Shown here: positions 35,501 to 44,216 of the stretch, one piece after another | How positions within the stretch are numbered: the stretch's first letter is position 1 | How the letters are laid out: each line of letters starts with the position of its first letter | Origin: a virus | Strand: one strand, 5' to 3' | Virus record (IMG/VR): IMGVR_UViG_3300025133_000024 | Length of the DNA: 64,000 nt | Position numbers and translations under genes: made by a program | The notes under the pieces: generated by a model | What the model saw: only the letters and a program-made list of their open reading frames with translations | Told to the model about the DNA's origin: nothing | Database searches by the model: none

Positions 35501-38500
35501 AAATTCTTTTATCTTATTATATTCTGTCTTATTCTTCCCTTCAGGGTTGTGCTTTCTTTTTAGGTTTTTGTTTCCAAAATATTCTAGAGCATTATTGTGT
35601 TCATATTGAACTTTTAGGTTTTTATTGTTATATTCAAAGCCTGTTTCCAAAGGAAGATTATAAGAAATTGGTGGCTCTATGTATTTTGTCTCTTCTACTT
35701 CATTTTCAGGAACAATAGAGTAAACATTGTTCTTTTTTAACCATTTTGTTATTGGATGGTTGCTATTTCTTGTTTGTTTCCAACTTGTAAATCCACCTGG
35801 ACCTGTTCTTTTAAAGTTTAATGCGTTAAGAATAGAAGACACACCCTCTAAAGTTGAAGTATCATCCGTATCTTCTCCGTTTTGTCCATTTACTAACGCA
35901 TCATTTACATAATTTGATTGAACTCTTGTCCAATCACCAAATGGATTTGATACAACCAAACTTTCAAAACCCAATGTATTATTTGAACTTGTTATTGGTT
36001 CATAAATGTTCATGTTTAGGTTTAAAGTGGTTTCAGGAATGAAATTAAAACCAAAAGCTATCGCCTCAGTTGTTCCGAAGAATCGATTGTTTCCTGCTAT
36101 AGGGTTTCTATAGGAGCCAAAGTCACTTGCGCTAACAAACAATATGCTTCTGTGCTTTCCATCCCTCAAAGACCCTGAAGAATATTGAAAAGGGACGTTT
36201 TGATTGTTTATTATCAATTCATCAACTTGCAGTGCAGACTTTTTAATCCAAGAATATTGTAAATCACTTCTTGGAATTGCTCTCGACACAAAATTATTGT
36301 CATATTTGGAAGCCGTAATAAAGGAACTTCCACTTAATCTCATCTCATAAGAGATATTTCTATTTGTTTTATGGAATGATGCACTAACAGGGCTAAGAGG
36401 GTTGTCAATACCGAATTGATTGGATGCAGTAGCCCATAATTCATCTAAATAATTTCTAATTACAAGATTTATATAAGGTAATGCATTATAAGCAGAATAT
36501 TCACCCGCTTCCAAGTCCAAATAACCCTCAGCAGTTGTTTCTACAGAACCAGGAGAGGAAAATTTAGAGACAATTACAGAGTTACTACCAGTTAAATCTC
36601 TTCTTGGAACAGCATAATCATAAAGCCCTGTGACATTCTGTGAAGCAGTGAAAGAAGCTGTAATTCCGTTGTTTTCTCTCAGGTAAAAGTTGTTTTCTTT
36701 TCTTCCTGAGAGGGTTGCGACTTCATAGTTGTGTTGATAATTTCCTAAAACCTTGCTATCTGTTGTATGCTGTATATTTTTGACGTTTATTGGACTTTTT
36801 GCAAGATTATCTCTTGACCAACGAGAAAAAACAGTGTTCATGTTGGGATATAAAGCAGCACTATTATAATCAGGACCAACAAGTAGAATATCACCTCCTT
36901 CTTCCACAATTCTAAACCTTTCCGGTCTTGTGGATTTGTCATCTGTCCCTTGATTAATCTCTATGTGTCTGTGTTTATATCCACCAACATGAACATCTGT
37001 AAAAATACCTTGCACAGGCTTTTCTTTATCAAACCCATACAACTCATGATGCAAGTTTTCTACATTTGCACCCGTTAAAGTAATATTGTGAGCATCATTT
37101 ACACTTGATGACACAATATTAAATGGCATATATAACTCACCCTTACCCTCAAAAACATCATCACCACTTATTACATCAAATCCTAACTTTAATTCAGAAT
37201 TTTCATGATGTTTTGATTTTCCATCAACAATAATCTCATTAAATTCGTTACGTGGCTTTCCAGCATCCAAAGAGGAACTTGTAGCCCTTAATAGATTAAC
37301 ATTGATTCCTGCTATTGGAGTTGGACCTAATGGCTCTACAAATGGCTTATAAAAGGAAATATTTTTATTATTTGAAAAATTGATACCTCCTTTTATGATT
37401 TTTTGTTGGGAGGTGTTTAAAGTTTGTGTTTTTTTGCTTTCTTGTTGTAAAAATTGATTTTTTACATCTGCTAACAGTTTTCTATCTTGAATTTGTGCTG
37501 CTGTTAAAGAGGGCCATGCATTATCATCGTTAAATGCTTTGTCACTCCACCATTGGCCATGTAAGTTTTCGTTTAATGGCGAGGGAGCATGACCATGTTC
37601 CCAATTATAGTCAAATTCTCCAACGCCTTTCATCGAACCTGTTGTGGAAGGTTTTGTTTCTAGGAGAGGGAATTTGTGTTGAAATTTGTTTCTTTCAAAA
37701 ATATGACTTTCGACAACATCTAGTACATCTTCAGATACATTTAAGGATGCAGGAAATAACTGAGAGAGTGTTTTTGTTAAAGATTTATCAATCCATTTAT
37801 AATATTCAATAAACTTGTTGACATCAGGTGTGTTTTGGATTTTTGTAAAATATAGTTGTCGAAGTTTCTCTAAAGACTTATATTTGATTCGATATTTTTC
37901 AACAGGATGTCCGATTAAGTTGTTGTAGTCAACAATTGTCTCCATCCATTTTATCATATCTTCAGATATTGTTTGATATGGACTTTTTTCAACAAACAAA
38001 ATGTTTTTGACGGGCCTTGAAGTTTTTGTGTGAATTTCAAGGTCGGAATTCAAGATATTAATCATATCTGAACTATTGACTGTTTCCGGTATCCTGGGAA
38101 CAACAGTTGGTAGATATTTTTCTTGAATTACTTCTGAACTGGAAGTTAAAAAGAAATCACCCTTGCCAGGAAGTCTATATCCAAACGCACCACCAAAACC
38201 ACCATAAGAAGCCGAGGCATCTGTCTGTGAACCAGAAGTTTCATCGAAAACATGGAACTGTCCCAAGTCATTTGATGAAGAAATAGTGGAAAATTCCCAA
38301 TTAAAATTTAATGTTTTGATTTTAGGGATATAAAAATCTGAAACATCAGTATTATTGAGATAAGCATATTGATAAGGATTTTGAACACCAAAGTCACCTG
38401 TTTTGGCATGTGATAAAATGGAAGATGTTGGAATATAATCGGACCAACACCTTAAATTATTAACTTGTACATCTGAATATGTTAATAAAGAGCCTGTAAA

Positions 38501-41029
38501 GTTTGTTCTGTGCGCTCCAGCATAAACTCTTTTATCTGAAAGGAGGAAGTTTCTTCCTTGTGTGTTTGTTAGTGAAGCTGTTAAAGTAAATTCTCTAGTT
38601 TTCACTCCTCTTTCAGCGACTTTATCTTGAATTGTGTTAACACCATAAAGTTCAAGAATGTATGTTGGGGAGCTAGAACCAGTTGTTAAATCAACATAAG
38701 GATGTTTTGAAGGTTTAATTGAAACTGCAAAATTCCATTTGTCGTTATCATAGACATCTTCATAAAAGCTTGATGTTAATACAGGAAAAGTTGAATCTAA
38801 TGTCCCAGTTAATACAAATTTTGCATCTTTGGATTGTTTTGTTCTTCTTACTGCATAAATCTGAAGGGAAGCTGTTTCGGGAGTTTGCCATGTTAAGTTT
38901 GAACTGTCTGTTCCTAATGCATTATGACAACCAAACAAAGAAGATGAAGTGAAGTTTGTGTAAATGAAATTGTTATCAGATTGATTCCATTTTTTGGGAA
39001 ATACAATTTGAGATTCCAATGTAAACGGAACATATTGGTTATTGTCCCCTAAAGTGGGAACAAAAGAACGGCTATTTGTAGGGTCGTTACTTGCTGTAGA
39101 TTGATAAACTGTAGCATCAAAATGGTCTGGGTGGGAGAAGTTGATTAAATTATCTCTTTTTGAACCCAATGTGTGACTGTTTTTAAGTTCAAAAGATTCA
39201 TCATTTGCATATAAATTGATTTTTACTAAATCATCACCAACACCAAAGCACCTTAGGAGATTTCTATAGGACTCTTCAGTTCCTTTTGTTTTATAAAGGT
39301 GATTTAAGCTGTTGTATATGTTCTGATAGATAATGTTTTTTACTTCATCAACACTTTTAACAAAATGCTTATCAAAACTTCTGTTTTCAATATATTCTAG
39401 AACAGAAGCATTTTCGAATAACTCGGGGACCACAAAGTTGAAACTCTTAAGAGACTCTTTTATTAGTGTATTCGTTTCAACTTTGTCAGTGTCGTATGAA
39501 GGGGTTTTGTATTTGTTTATGTGTTCTGTCTTGAGAAATAAATCGTCAAGAGAAGATGCTAGAATCTGTGTTAATTTTTTAATTTCACCACCAGAGTTAG
39601 CATCCTCGTTCAATATCCACTTTGGTAAAGTGTAATATAAGGCAGAATTATTGGTTAAATCATGGTTTGAGCCTGAATCTATGAGATTGTTTAATAATGT
39701 GTTGACATCATTGTGAAATGAATAAACAATCGGGTCTTTAAATTCATAAAAAGATGCTGAGGATTCAATAATAGCAGAGCCGGTAGAACGGGGAGTTAAT
39801 GCCTGAGAGTATCCTGTCCATTGTCCGTTAGAAACCCTTCCAGAATAATCTAGAACAAGAGAATCAACACTTGATGTTTGTGTTATCCCTTCATTAAACT
39901 TATAATACAAACCAAGCTTTGTTGTGTTATCATCTGTATTTGTTCCACCACCAACAGTATCAAAATAATATTTTTTGATTTCTTCTGCGGTTCTTTTTGT
40001 TTTCCAAAAACGGAAATCATCCAGCGAAGAAGAAACCAATTTTCCATGACCTTCATCAACCCCTGATGCTCCGAATGGAGATGTTCGAATGGAACCAATA
40101 TTAGCAATTAAAGTTCCAGTAACCTCTTGTATTTCATCTCCCATCAACAACTCTTGATTTAAGTCACCGTTGATGTATAAACGACTATACATGCCACTAT
40201 CTTGGTTGTAAAAAACAAAAGCATAATGATTCCAAGAATTATTTGTTACGCTTGAAATAGCCGTAGAAGTTCCTGTTCCTAACTCTACATTCTCATTTCC
40301 GTCAGAGCCAGATTTGCAAGTAACCCTGAAGGTGGTATTTGAAGCTGTGAGATTCATCTCAATTTTCAAACGACCATATTCGTTGGATGTTGAATGTCCA
40401 TTCCATAAATCAAAAAGAACTTCTTTCGATGTTAATCCCAGGTCATAGCCATTCTTTTTTAACCAAAATTCTACAGTAACACCATTATTGGAACCACTAA
40501 AAGAACCAGTTGTGTTAAATTCAAGGTTGGAACGTCTTTTCTTTGTGTTGTCAAATAAATTTGTATTTTCGAATCTTAGTTTAGTTTGTTTTGATAATCT
40601 ATCTCCAGTTAAATCGAAACCAAGATTGGGTCCACCTTTAACTTGAATATATTCATAAGAGGATGAAGCTGGTGCACCATAACCATCAACTGTAGAAACT
40701 AATGTTCCCCAATTGTTTCCTAAGGTTCCATAGCCATTTGTTCTGGGATAGAAATTGTTAAAGATATATTTATCTAAAGCAGTTGATTCATTAATCCACT
40801 GTTGTTTTTCAAATTTAGAACCATCATAAGGATAAGTTTTATAAATTCTCTTAACAGAGTTTGTGTAATATTCTTCTGCCAATCCAAACCTAACAAAATT
40901 AGAAGCTGTGAGATAATCTATTGCTGGAGAGTATTGTTTCTTTTGTTCTAGAACGGCTTTTATCTGTTGTCCAGATTCAACCTGCTCACCCAATTCTTTT
41001 AAACTTTGTAATTCAAGATAATTTTTCAT
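32564..41029 (-). CDS. giant tail/baseplate protein with LamG (concanavalin A-like) domains
   Basis: 2821 aa; TVEFWLKK, WNHYAFVF, LYINGDL, LDDFRFW..KRTAEEI, LYYKFNEG and DYSGRVSNG form a LamG module; a second degenerate module follows (WNFAVSI; VNNLRCW). Confidence 0.75.
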   Translation of the reverse strand: MKNYLELQSLKELGEQVESGQQIKAVLEQKKQYSPAIDYLTASNFVRFGLAEEYYTNSVKRIYKTYPYDGSKFEKQQWINESTALDKYIFNNFYPRTNGYGTLGNNWGTLVSTVDGYGAPASSSYEYIQVKGGPNLGFDLTGDRLSKQTKLRFENTNLFDNTKKRRSNLEFNTTGSFSGSNNGVTVEFWLKKNGYDLGLTSKEVLFDLWNGHSTSNEYGRLKIEMNLTASNTTFRVTCKSGSDGNENVELGTGTSTAISSVTNNSWNHYAFVFYNQDSGMYSRLYINGDLNQELLMGDEIQEVTGTLIANIGSIRTSPFGASGVDEGHGKLVSSSLDDFRFWKTKRTAEEIKKYYFDTVGGGTNTDDNTTKLGLYYKFNEGITQTSSVDSLVLDYSGRVSNGQWTGYSQALTPRSTGSAIIESSASFYEFKDPIVYSFHNDVNTLLNNLIDSGSNHDLTNNSALYYTLPKWILNEDANSGGEIKKLTQILASSLDDLFLKTEHINKYKTPSYDTDKVETNTLIKESLKSFNFVVPELFENASVLEYIENRSFDKHFVKSVDEVKNIIYQNIYNSLNHLYKTKGTEESYRNLLRCFGVGDDLVKINLYANDESFELKNSHTLGSKRDNLINFSHPDHFDATVYQSTASNDPTNSRSFVPTLGDNNQYVPFTLESQIVFPKKWNQSDNNFIYTNFTSSSLFGCHNALGTDSSNLTWQTPETASLQIYAVRRTKQSKDAKFVLTGTLDSTFPVLTSSFYEDVYDNDKWNFAVSIKPSKHPYVDLTTGSSSPTYILELYGVNTIQDKVAERGVKTREFTLTASLTNTQGRNFLLSDKRVYAGAHRTNFTGSLLTYSDVQVNNLRCWSDYIPTSSILSHAKTGDFGVQNPYQYAYLNNTDVSDFYIPKIKTLNFNWEFSTISSSNDLGQFHVFDETSGSQTDASASYGGFGGAFGYRLPGKGDFFLTSSSEVIQEKYLPTVVPRIPETVNSSDMINILNSDLEIHTKTSRPVKNILFVEKSPYQTISEDMIKWMETIVDYNNLIGHPVEKYRIKYKSLEKLRQLYFTKIQNTPDVNKFIEYYKWIDKSLTKTLSQLFPASLNVSEDVLDVVESHIFERNKFQHKFPLLETKPSTTGSMKGVGEFDYNWEHGHAPSPLNENLHGQWWSDKAFNDDNAWPSLTAAQIQDRKLLADVKNQFLQQESKKTQTLNTSQQKIIKGGINFSNNKNISFYKPFVEPLGPTPIAGINVNLLRATSSSLDAGKPRNEFNEIIVDGKSKHHENSELKLGFDVISGDDVFEGKGELYMPFNIVSSSVNDAHNITLTGANVENLHHELYGFDKEKPVQGIFTDVHVGGYKHRHIEINQGTDDKSTRPERFRIVEEGGDILLVGPDYNSAALYPNMNTVFSRWSRDNLAKSPINVKNIQHTTDSKVLGNYQHNYEVATLSGRKENNFYLRENNGITASFTASQNVTGLYDYAVPRRDLTGSNSVIVSKFSSPGSVETTAEGYLDLEAGEYSAYNALPYINLVIRNYLDELWATASNQFGIDNPLSPVSASFHKTNRNISYEMRLSGSSFITASKYDNNFVSRAIPRSDLQYSWIKKSALQVDELIINNQNVPFQYSSGSLRDGKHRSILFVSASDFGSYRNPIAGNNRFFGTTEAIAFGFNFIPETTLNLNMNIYEPITSSNNTLGFESLVVSNPFGDWTRVQSNYVNDALVNGQNGEDTDDTSTLEGVSSILNALNFKRTGPGGFTSWKQTRNSNHPITKWLKKNNVYSIVPENEVEETKYIEPPISYNLPLETGFEYNNKNLKVQYEHNNALEYFGNKNLKRKHNPEGKNKTEYNKIKEFVNANDNLLYHCYSEQVFPQSQYTSLSGTRARLGYVEESGLGVSGYDRRIDERRTFWQKNKFRSSISSSTPFKNAVEYRHGRSVHPLDNEYVYHAREDVLNSPPWLLSVNKINSGSAHGELNPSAFITTSSFISYVSPNEIGMYGSGQSYLSGTATDDAIDSTYYDNITASLQFVYMPNIGKFTEMNYPYDVPALSSKSPWFDSYEDYASDIKYNKEYSVLSEFNISDYMDYYIDENKGFNSKNNAFLKVKGGILSESSASPGDGYINDFFERHTNSDFMEHFETFRRDFGKTKKIKLVCKGVKKLLPYNGFYPTTRTTQLGAIFSQSLGPYISGSLYDTKPGLGLQSLLQPYFAPGIVFNTIKSGIAVDWPMITGSDDNASGFASQYLTASGLDLTGVQEDWQEYLLSSSFGNLGGEYHFRLPFESLVDIKNTLPSGSRLMHIAPDKILQQSGSANTIFPWVYWKGEKSDKFEMSMHNFLSEVPKFFLENETITTFASKPEKTFAIMKAGKTYYMDVVLRKTDNFDMIRSYFSGSVPSGTLGSEFEVSSSYHGRYFGPPVNAWGDGHVFGSDADSRAIFYKDPVYAPYTPPYFYGAAKVRLAFSPTETRKYTVDEIIASSVASSSQPTDQRGESNLEMAQLNSMRVESSVNLFGKGNSLDSDDSSGFDSWVIASKFECPTLNFNGTQRSPHINDVYSDDSGFTYQPAFLSSGIWGTYGSIPTGSEGIYLSLEESFPQSGSYGLQIASGSFGLTGSLIQACGFGAKRKRIGKLASKKVIKEAIVAIPYVDNKSEKTVSVGGRNFIGINKEHFRQTKQNIASNVSQKETSVSNMIKRMDKYYFPPFMDFSNDNNNINPFIIYIFEFSSELDKQDLSDIWQGVMPKIALNASEQEIQIEHKMNEDEFFGDMEIPEKLKWLVFKVKRKAGKNYFDIIPDYENIKVKTDRIEKRKVDYNYNWPYDFCSLVELANLKVKIDFGK

Positions 41030-41030
41030 A

Positions 41031-41927
41031 TTATGTCATCTGTCTGTAATATTCAGGGTAACGATGAGCGAAATAATTCAACTGCATGTCTTTTACTTTC
41101 TCTAAAAACTCTTCTGTCGGATTTATCTCGCCAGCAGAATAACCCAGATACAAGGGGATTAAATAACTTTTAATCCAGTTGTCGATTTTTTCTTCCAAAG
41201 TTGAACCACCATAGCTTCTTCTAATTCCACTAGCGAAACTTTCTTTTTCGGCTGGAAAGGATAGATATTTGTAAAGCTGGCCTTCAAAGTTTTCTTGCCT
41301 ATCGAGACCCTTTAAATGGCTAGGAGTTAATAACGTGGAACTTCCATCTTGAGACCTAAATGGAGTAGTATGAGTAAATTCATGAATCATTATATCCTGA
41401 AGTGTTTTATAAAAATCCGCAAAATCTTTTTCTGAGAATCTTCTATCAAGACGAACCGTTATTTCAATTTTGCCCCGATTATCAGATTTATTTTCTTTAG
41501 ACGCCATACCACCAATTGCAAAAGTCTTTTCGTGAAAATCTCTATCTAACATCCACCAAACTTCAAATCTTAAATGGTCAAGAAAAAACCTTTTATCGCT
41601 TTCTATCTCTTTAAAGAGGTTGTCAATTGTTTCAGGGTTAGAAGAAGAAGAAGTTTTATGTTTTTTTGCTGTCATGATGTCGTAAACATAATATACGTCA
41701 TCCTTCTTATAACGAAGATTCGTTAATAAACGATATGGGTCTCCTGACGACATTGCCTCTTCTTTCTGTGATAAAAACAATACTTTAAAAACCTTGAACA
41801 AATACTTGGTAAAAACATTGGACATCATTCTTAAACGATGATAAAAAGAACCACCAGGCCTTAATGAAGAAGCTCTTTTTTCAATAAGTTTTTGTATTTC
41901 TTCTTTGATAATTTGTTTAATGTTCAT
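41031..41927 (-). CDS. putative zincin metallopeptidase with IIKEE leader
   Basis: IHEFTH (HEXXH) plus downstream YLSFPAEKESF; N-terminus MNIKQIIKEEIQKLIE. Confidence 0.6.
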   Translation of the reverse strand: MNIKQIIKEEIQKLIEKRASSLRPGGSFYHRLRMMSNVFTKYLFKVFKVLFLSQKEEAMSSGDPYRLLTNLRYKKDDVYYVYDIMTAKKHKTSSSSNPETIDNLFKEIESDKRFFLDHLRFEVWWMLDRDFHEKTFAIGGMASKENKSDNRGKIEITVRLDRRFSEKDFADFYKTLQDIMIHEFTHTTPFRSQDGSSTLLTPSHLKGLDRQENFEGQLYKYLSFPAEKESFASGIRRSYGGSTLEEKIDNWIKSYLIPLYLGYSAGEINPTEEFLEKVKDMQLNYFAHRYPEYYRQMT

Positions 41928-42693
41928 TCACTATCTTCTCCTGCTCTACTTCCCAATCATTTATCATAATTTCAAATTCCTTTGAAACAGCTTCTTTTTG
42001 TTCTGGTTTTTTGAAATAAGATAATAATCTATCCCTCTCTTTCATTATTCCATCCTTAGTCACATCATCTTCAAAAATTTCAGTTACATGACCGTCATAA
42101 TTACTTGAAATGCTTCTTGACGAAATAACATCACCTAAGTATGTAATACTTCTTTCGTGTGGAACAAATATATCAAAACCATATCCCTCATCAGGTTTTA
42201 CAAAATCTCCCCCAATCGAAGAAACATACACCTTCTGTGATGAAATTTGAAAAATATTTTTTACAGAACTTGGGTCTATTAATGGCTCTCTATCTGTTCC
42301 TCTTTTGCCAGAATCTATTCCATCAAAAACCCAAAAATCTTCATTAAAAACTCTATCAAAAAATAAACTATTTGCTTGTCTTTTAAAAATATGCATTTCA
42401 ATTGGAATGCCAACTATAATTTTATTTTCACTGAAAAATAAAATAGGATAAGCCGACAAGCCACTTTCATATTGTTGGTGGGCGCGATAATTATCTGGTC
42501 CATGCAACCACCACTCTTCTTCATATGAACCATGAATCATTGATGAATTAATTCCAGCAGGATTACCTAACCTAAAAAACTTACAATCTATAAAAGTTGC
42601 ATTTTTACCCCTTTTGACAAAAGAGTAATTTTGGTTTTCTAGTAATAATCTCTTAGTTTCTTCTTTTATAATCTTCTTTATTCTATTCTTCAA
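41917..42693 (-). CDS. hypothetical protein with IIKEE/LLE leader; possible R-S-E ART-fold domain
   Basis: Start uncertain (TTG at 42693 or ATG up to 42774); RIKKIIKEETKRLLLEN; FFRLGNP, ESGLSAY, GTDREPLI. Confidence 0.5.
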   Translation of the reverse strand: MKNRIKKIIKEETKRLLLENQNYSFVKRGKNATFIDCKFFRLGNPAGINSSMIHGSYEEEWWLHGPDNYRAHQQYESGLSAYPILFFSENKIIVGIPIEMHIFKRQANSLFFDRVFNEDFWVFDGIDSGKRGTDREPLIDPSSVKNIFQISSQKVYVSSIGGDFVKPDEGYGFDIFVPHERSITYLGDVISSRSISSNYDGHVTEIFEDDVTKDGIMKERDRLLSYFKKPEQKEAVSKEFEIMINDWEVEQEKIVNEH

Positions 42694-44215
42694 CTCTAAA
42701 TTTCCATAATTTATTTTGAACCTGCCATGATTGATTGACATCATTATAATAAGCCAATTTAATTCCATAGGCATAATCAGGTTCTAACATTCCCATGTCA
42801 AAGTCAAAATAATTTCCTGAGACATCATAGGAAAATTTCGTGTGTAATAAAGAGCCTGTTCCAAACCCAACAACCTTTAAGTTATCACTTATTCTTGTGA
42901 TTTCATATGCTCCAGAGACAATGATGTTGTTTTCTGGCGTAGCATTGGCTTTATCGTAGATAGTTGGTGTCCAGTTTTTCTCTCTATTGTAGACTCTAAA
43001 TCTTGCTGTTTCTGTTGGTGAATACCTATCTTTTAAGTTAGTAATTGTTGAGTAATAAGTGTAATTTGGGTTAAACTGAGTTGTTGGTAATCGTTTTGGC
43101 TCAAATGAACCCGTATAATATTCCACACTACCTGAATGCCATATATCAAAAACTGTTAATAATGGACTTGAAGATGCTGTCACAGCAAATGAAGCTGTAT
43201 AAATTCCAGTAGAAACCCATCCACCTGTAATATTAGTGTCAAGGTCTGTTACAACACCACCACCAACAGAGTTTAACAGTTGTGAGCCTGTTGGTGTTGT
43301 TGAACCTGAATACAAACTAACATTTATTTTCCCTGTTCCTACTCCTGGGATGTCTCTCAATCTTCCTCTTGCATAATTGTAAAGATACAAAGTGTTGAGA
43401 TTGTCCTCAGCCGTCATCAAGGAGGAAGAAAAATACACATTTCCTCTATCATCTTGTTCAGATGAATTCCATCTTGCTTCTAAAATAGGTCTTTTGAAGT
43501 AATGTTCACTTCCTCTAGCAAAAAACTTTTTTGTATAATATGATTCCTGAGAACCTAAAACATTATGGAGAATAGAACCAGTATTGGAACCATTAGATGA
43601 AGAATAATATGCTTCATGACTAGCGGTCAAATGAATTCCTAAGCCAAAATTACTCCGGGTTTGAGTTAACCATTGTTCTGCTAAAACTGTAACATCAATT
43701 TCAATATCTTCGTAACCATTTTGTAAACTTTGTGTATAATAAGTTGAAGAAGTGAAATCATAATCACCTCCAACAGTTGTCCAAGTTGTGTTTTTTGCCG
43801 AATTTATCCAATTGGAGCCACTTCCATCTCTGGTTTCATCAAGATATGTTTCCATATCAAGACCGTTGCCTTCTTCCCAATCTTTTGTTATTGGAGTAAT
43901 ATTGTAAATTGCATTTCTGGGTAAAGTTTCTGCATGAGTGGCATTAAACATTTTCAGATAAAAACTTACACTTCCAGAAGCTGGAATTTTATCATTTGTT
44001 CTGTCTGTTATCATCTGAGATATAGGAAACTTTAATAAAATTCGGGATAGTTCTTGTGATAAACCTGCTGAGGATGAAGCTTGTGCGTATAGAGAAAATA
44101 CTTCAAGAATATCTGATAGGCCCATGTTTGAACCTGTGCCTCTGTTTATGAGGTTGGATTTATATGCATTTGTTATAGTGTTGTCTGAAGAGGCGACATA
44201 TCTTTTGATTGCCAT
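42683..44215 (-). CDS. virion structural protein (DNRLRE/CBM96-like N-terminal domain, Ig-like C-terminus)
   Basis: DNTI...N.G.SDILEV...SRILLKF...YLKMF...PITKDWEEGNG pattern. Confidence 0.6.
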   Translation of the reverse strand: MAIKRYVASSDNTITNAYKSNLINRGTGSNMGLSDILEVFSLYAQASSSAGLSQELSRILLKFPISQMITDRTNDKIPASGSVSFYLKMFNATHAETLPRNAIYNITPITKDWEEGNGLDMETYLDETRDGSGSNWINSAKNTTWTTVGGDYDFTSSTYYTQSLQNGYEDIEIDVTVLAEQWLTQTRSNFGLGIHLTASHEAYYSSSNGSNTGSILHNVLGSQESYYTKKFFARGSEHYFKRPILEARWNSSEQDDRGNVYFSSSLMTAEDNLNTLYLYNYARGRLRDIPGVGTGKINVSLYSGSTTPTGSQLLNSVGGGVVTDLDTNITGGWVSTGIYTASFAVTASSSPLLTVFDIWHSGSVEYYTGSFEPKRLPTTQFNPNYTYYSTITNLKDRYSPTETARFRVYNREKNWTPTIYDKANATPENNIIVSGAYEITRISDNLKVVGFGTGSLLHTKFSYDVSGNYFDFDMGMLEPDYAYGIKLAYYNDVNQSWQVQNKLWKFRVEE

Positions 44216-44216
44216 T

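Noticed and set aside
42735-42750. Plus-strand TTGACA...TATAAT
   Set aside because: The spacer is only 4 nt, and the site is antisense within coding DNA.
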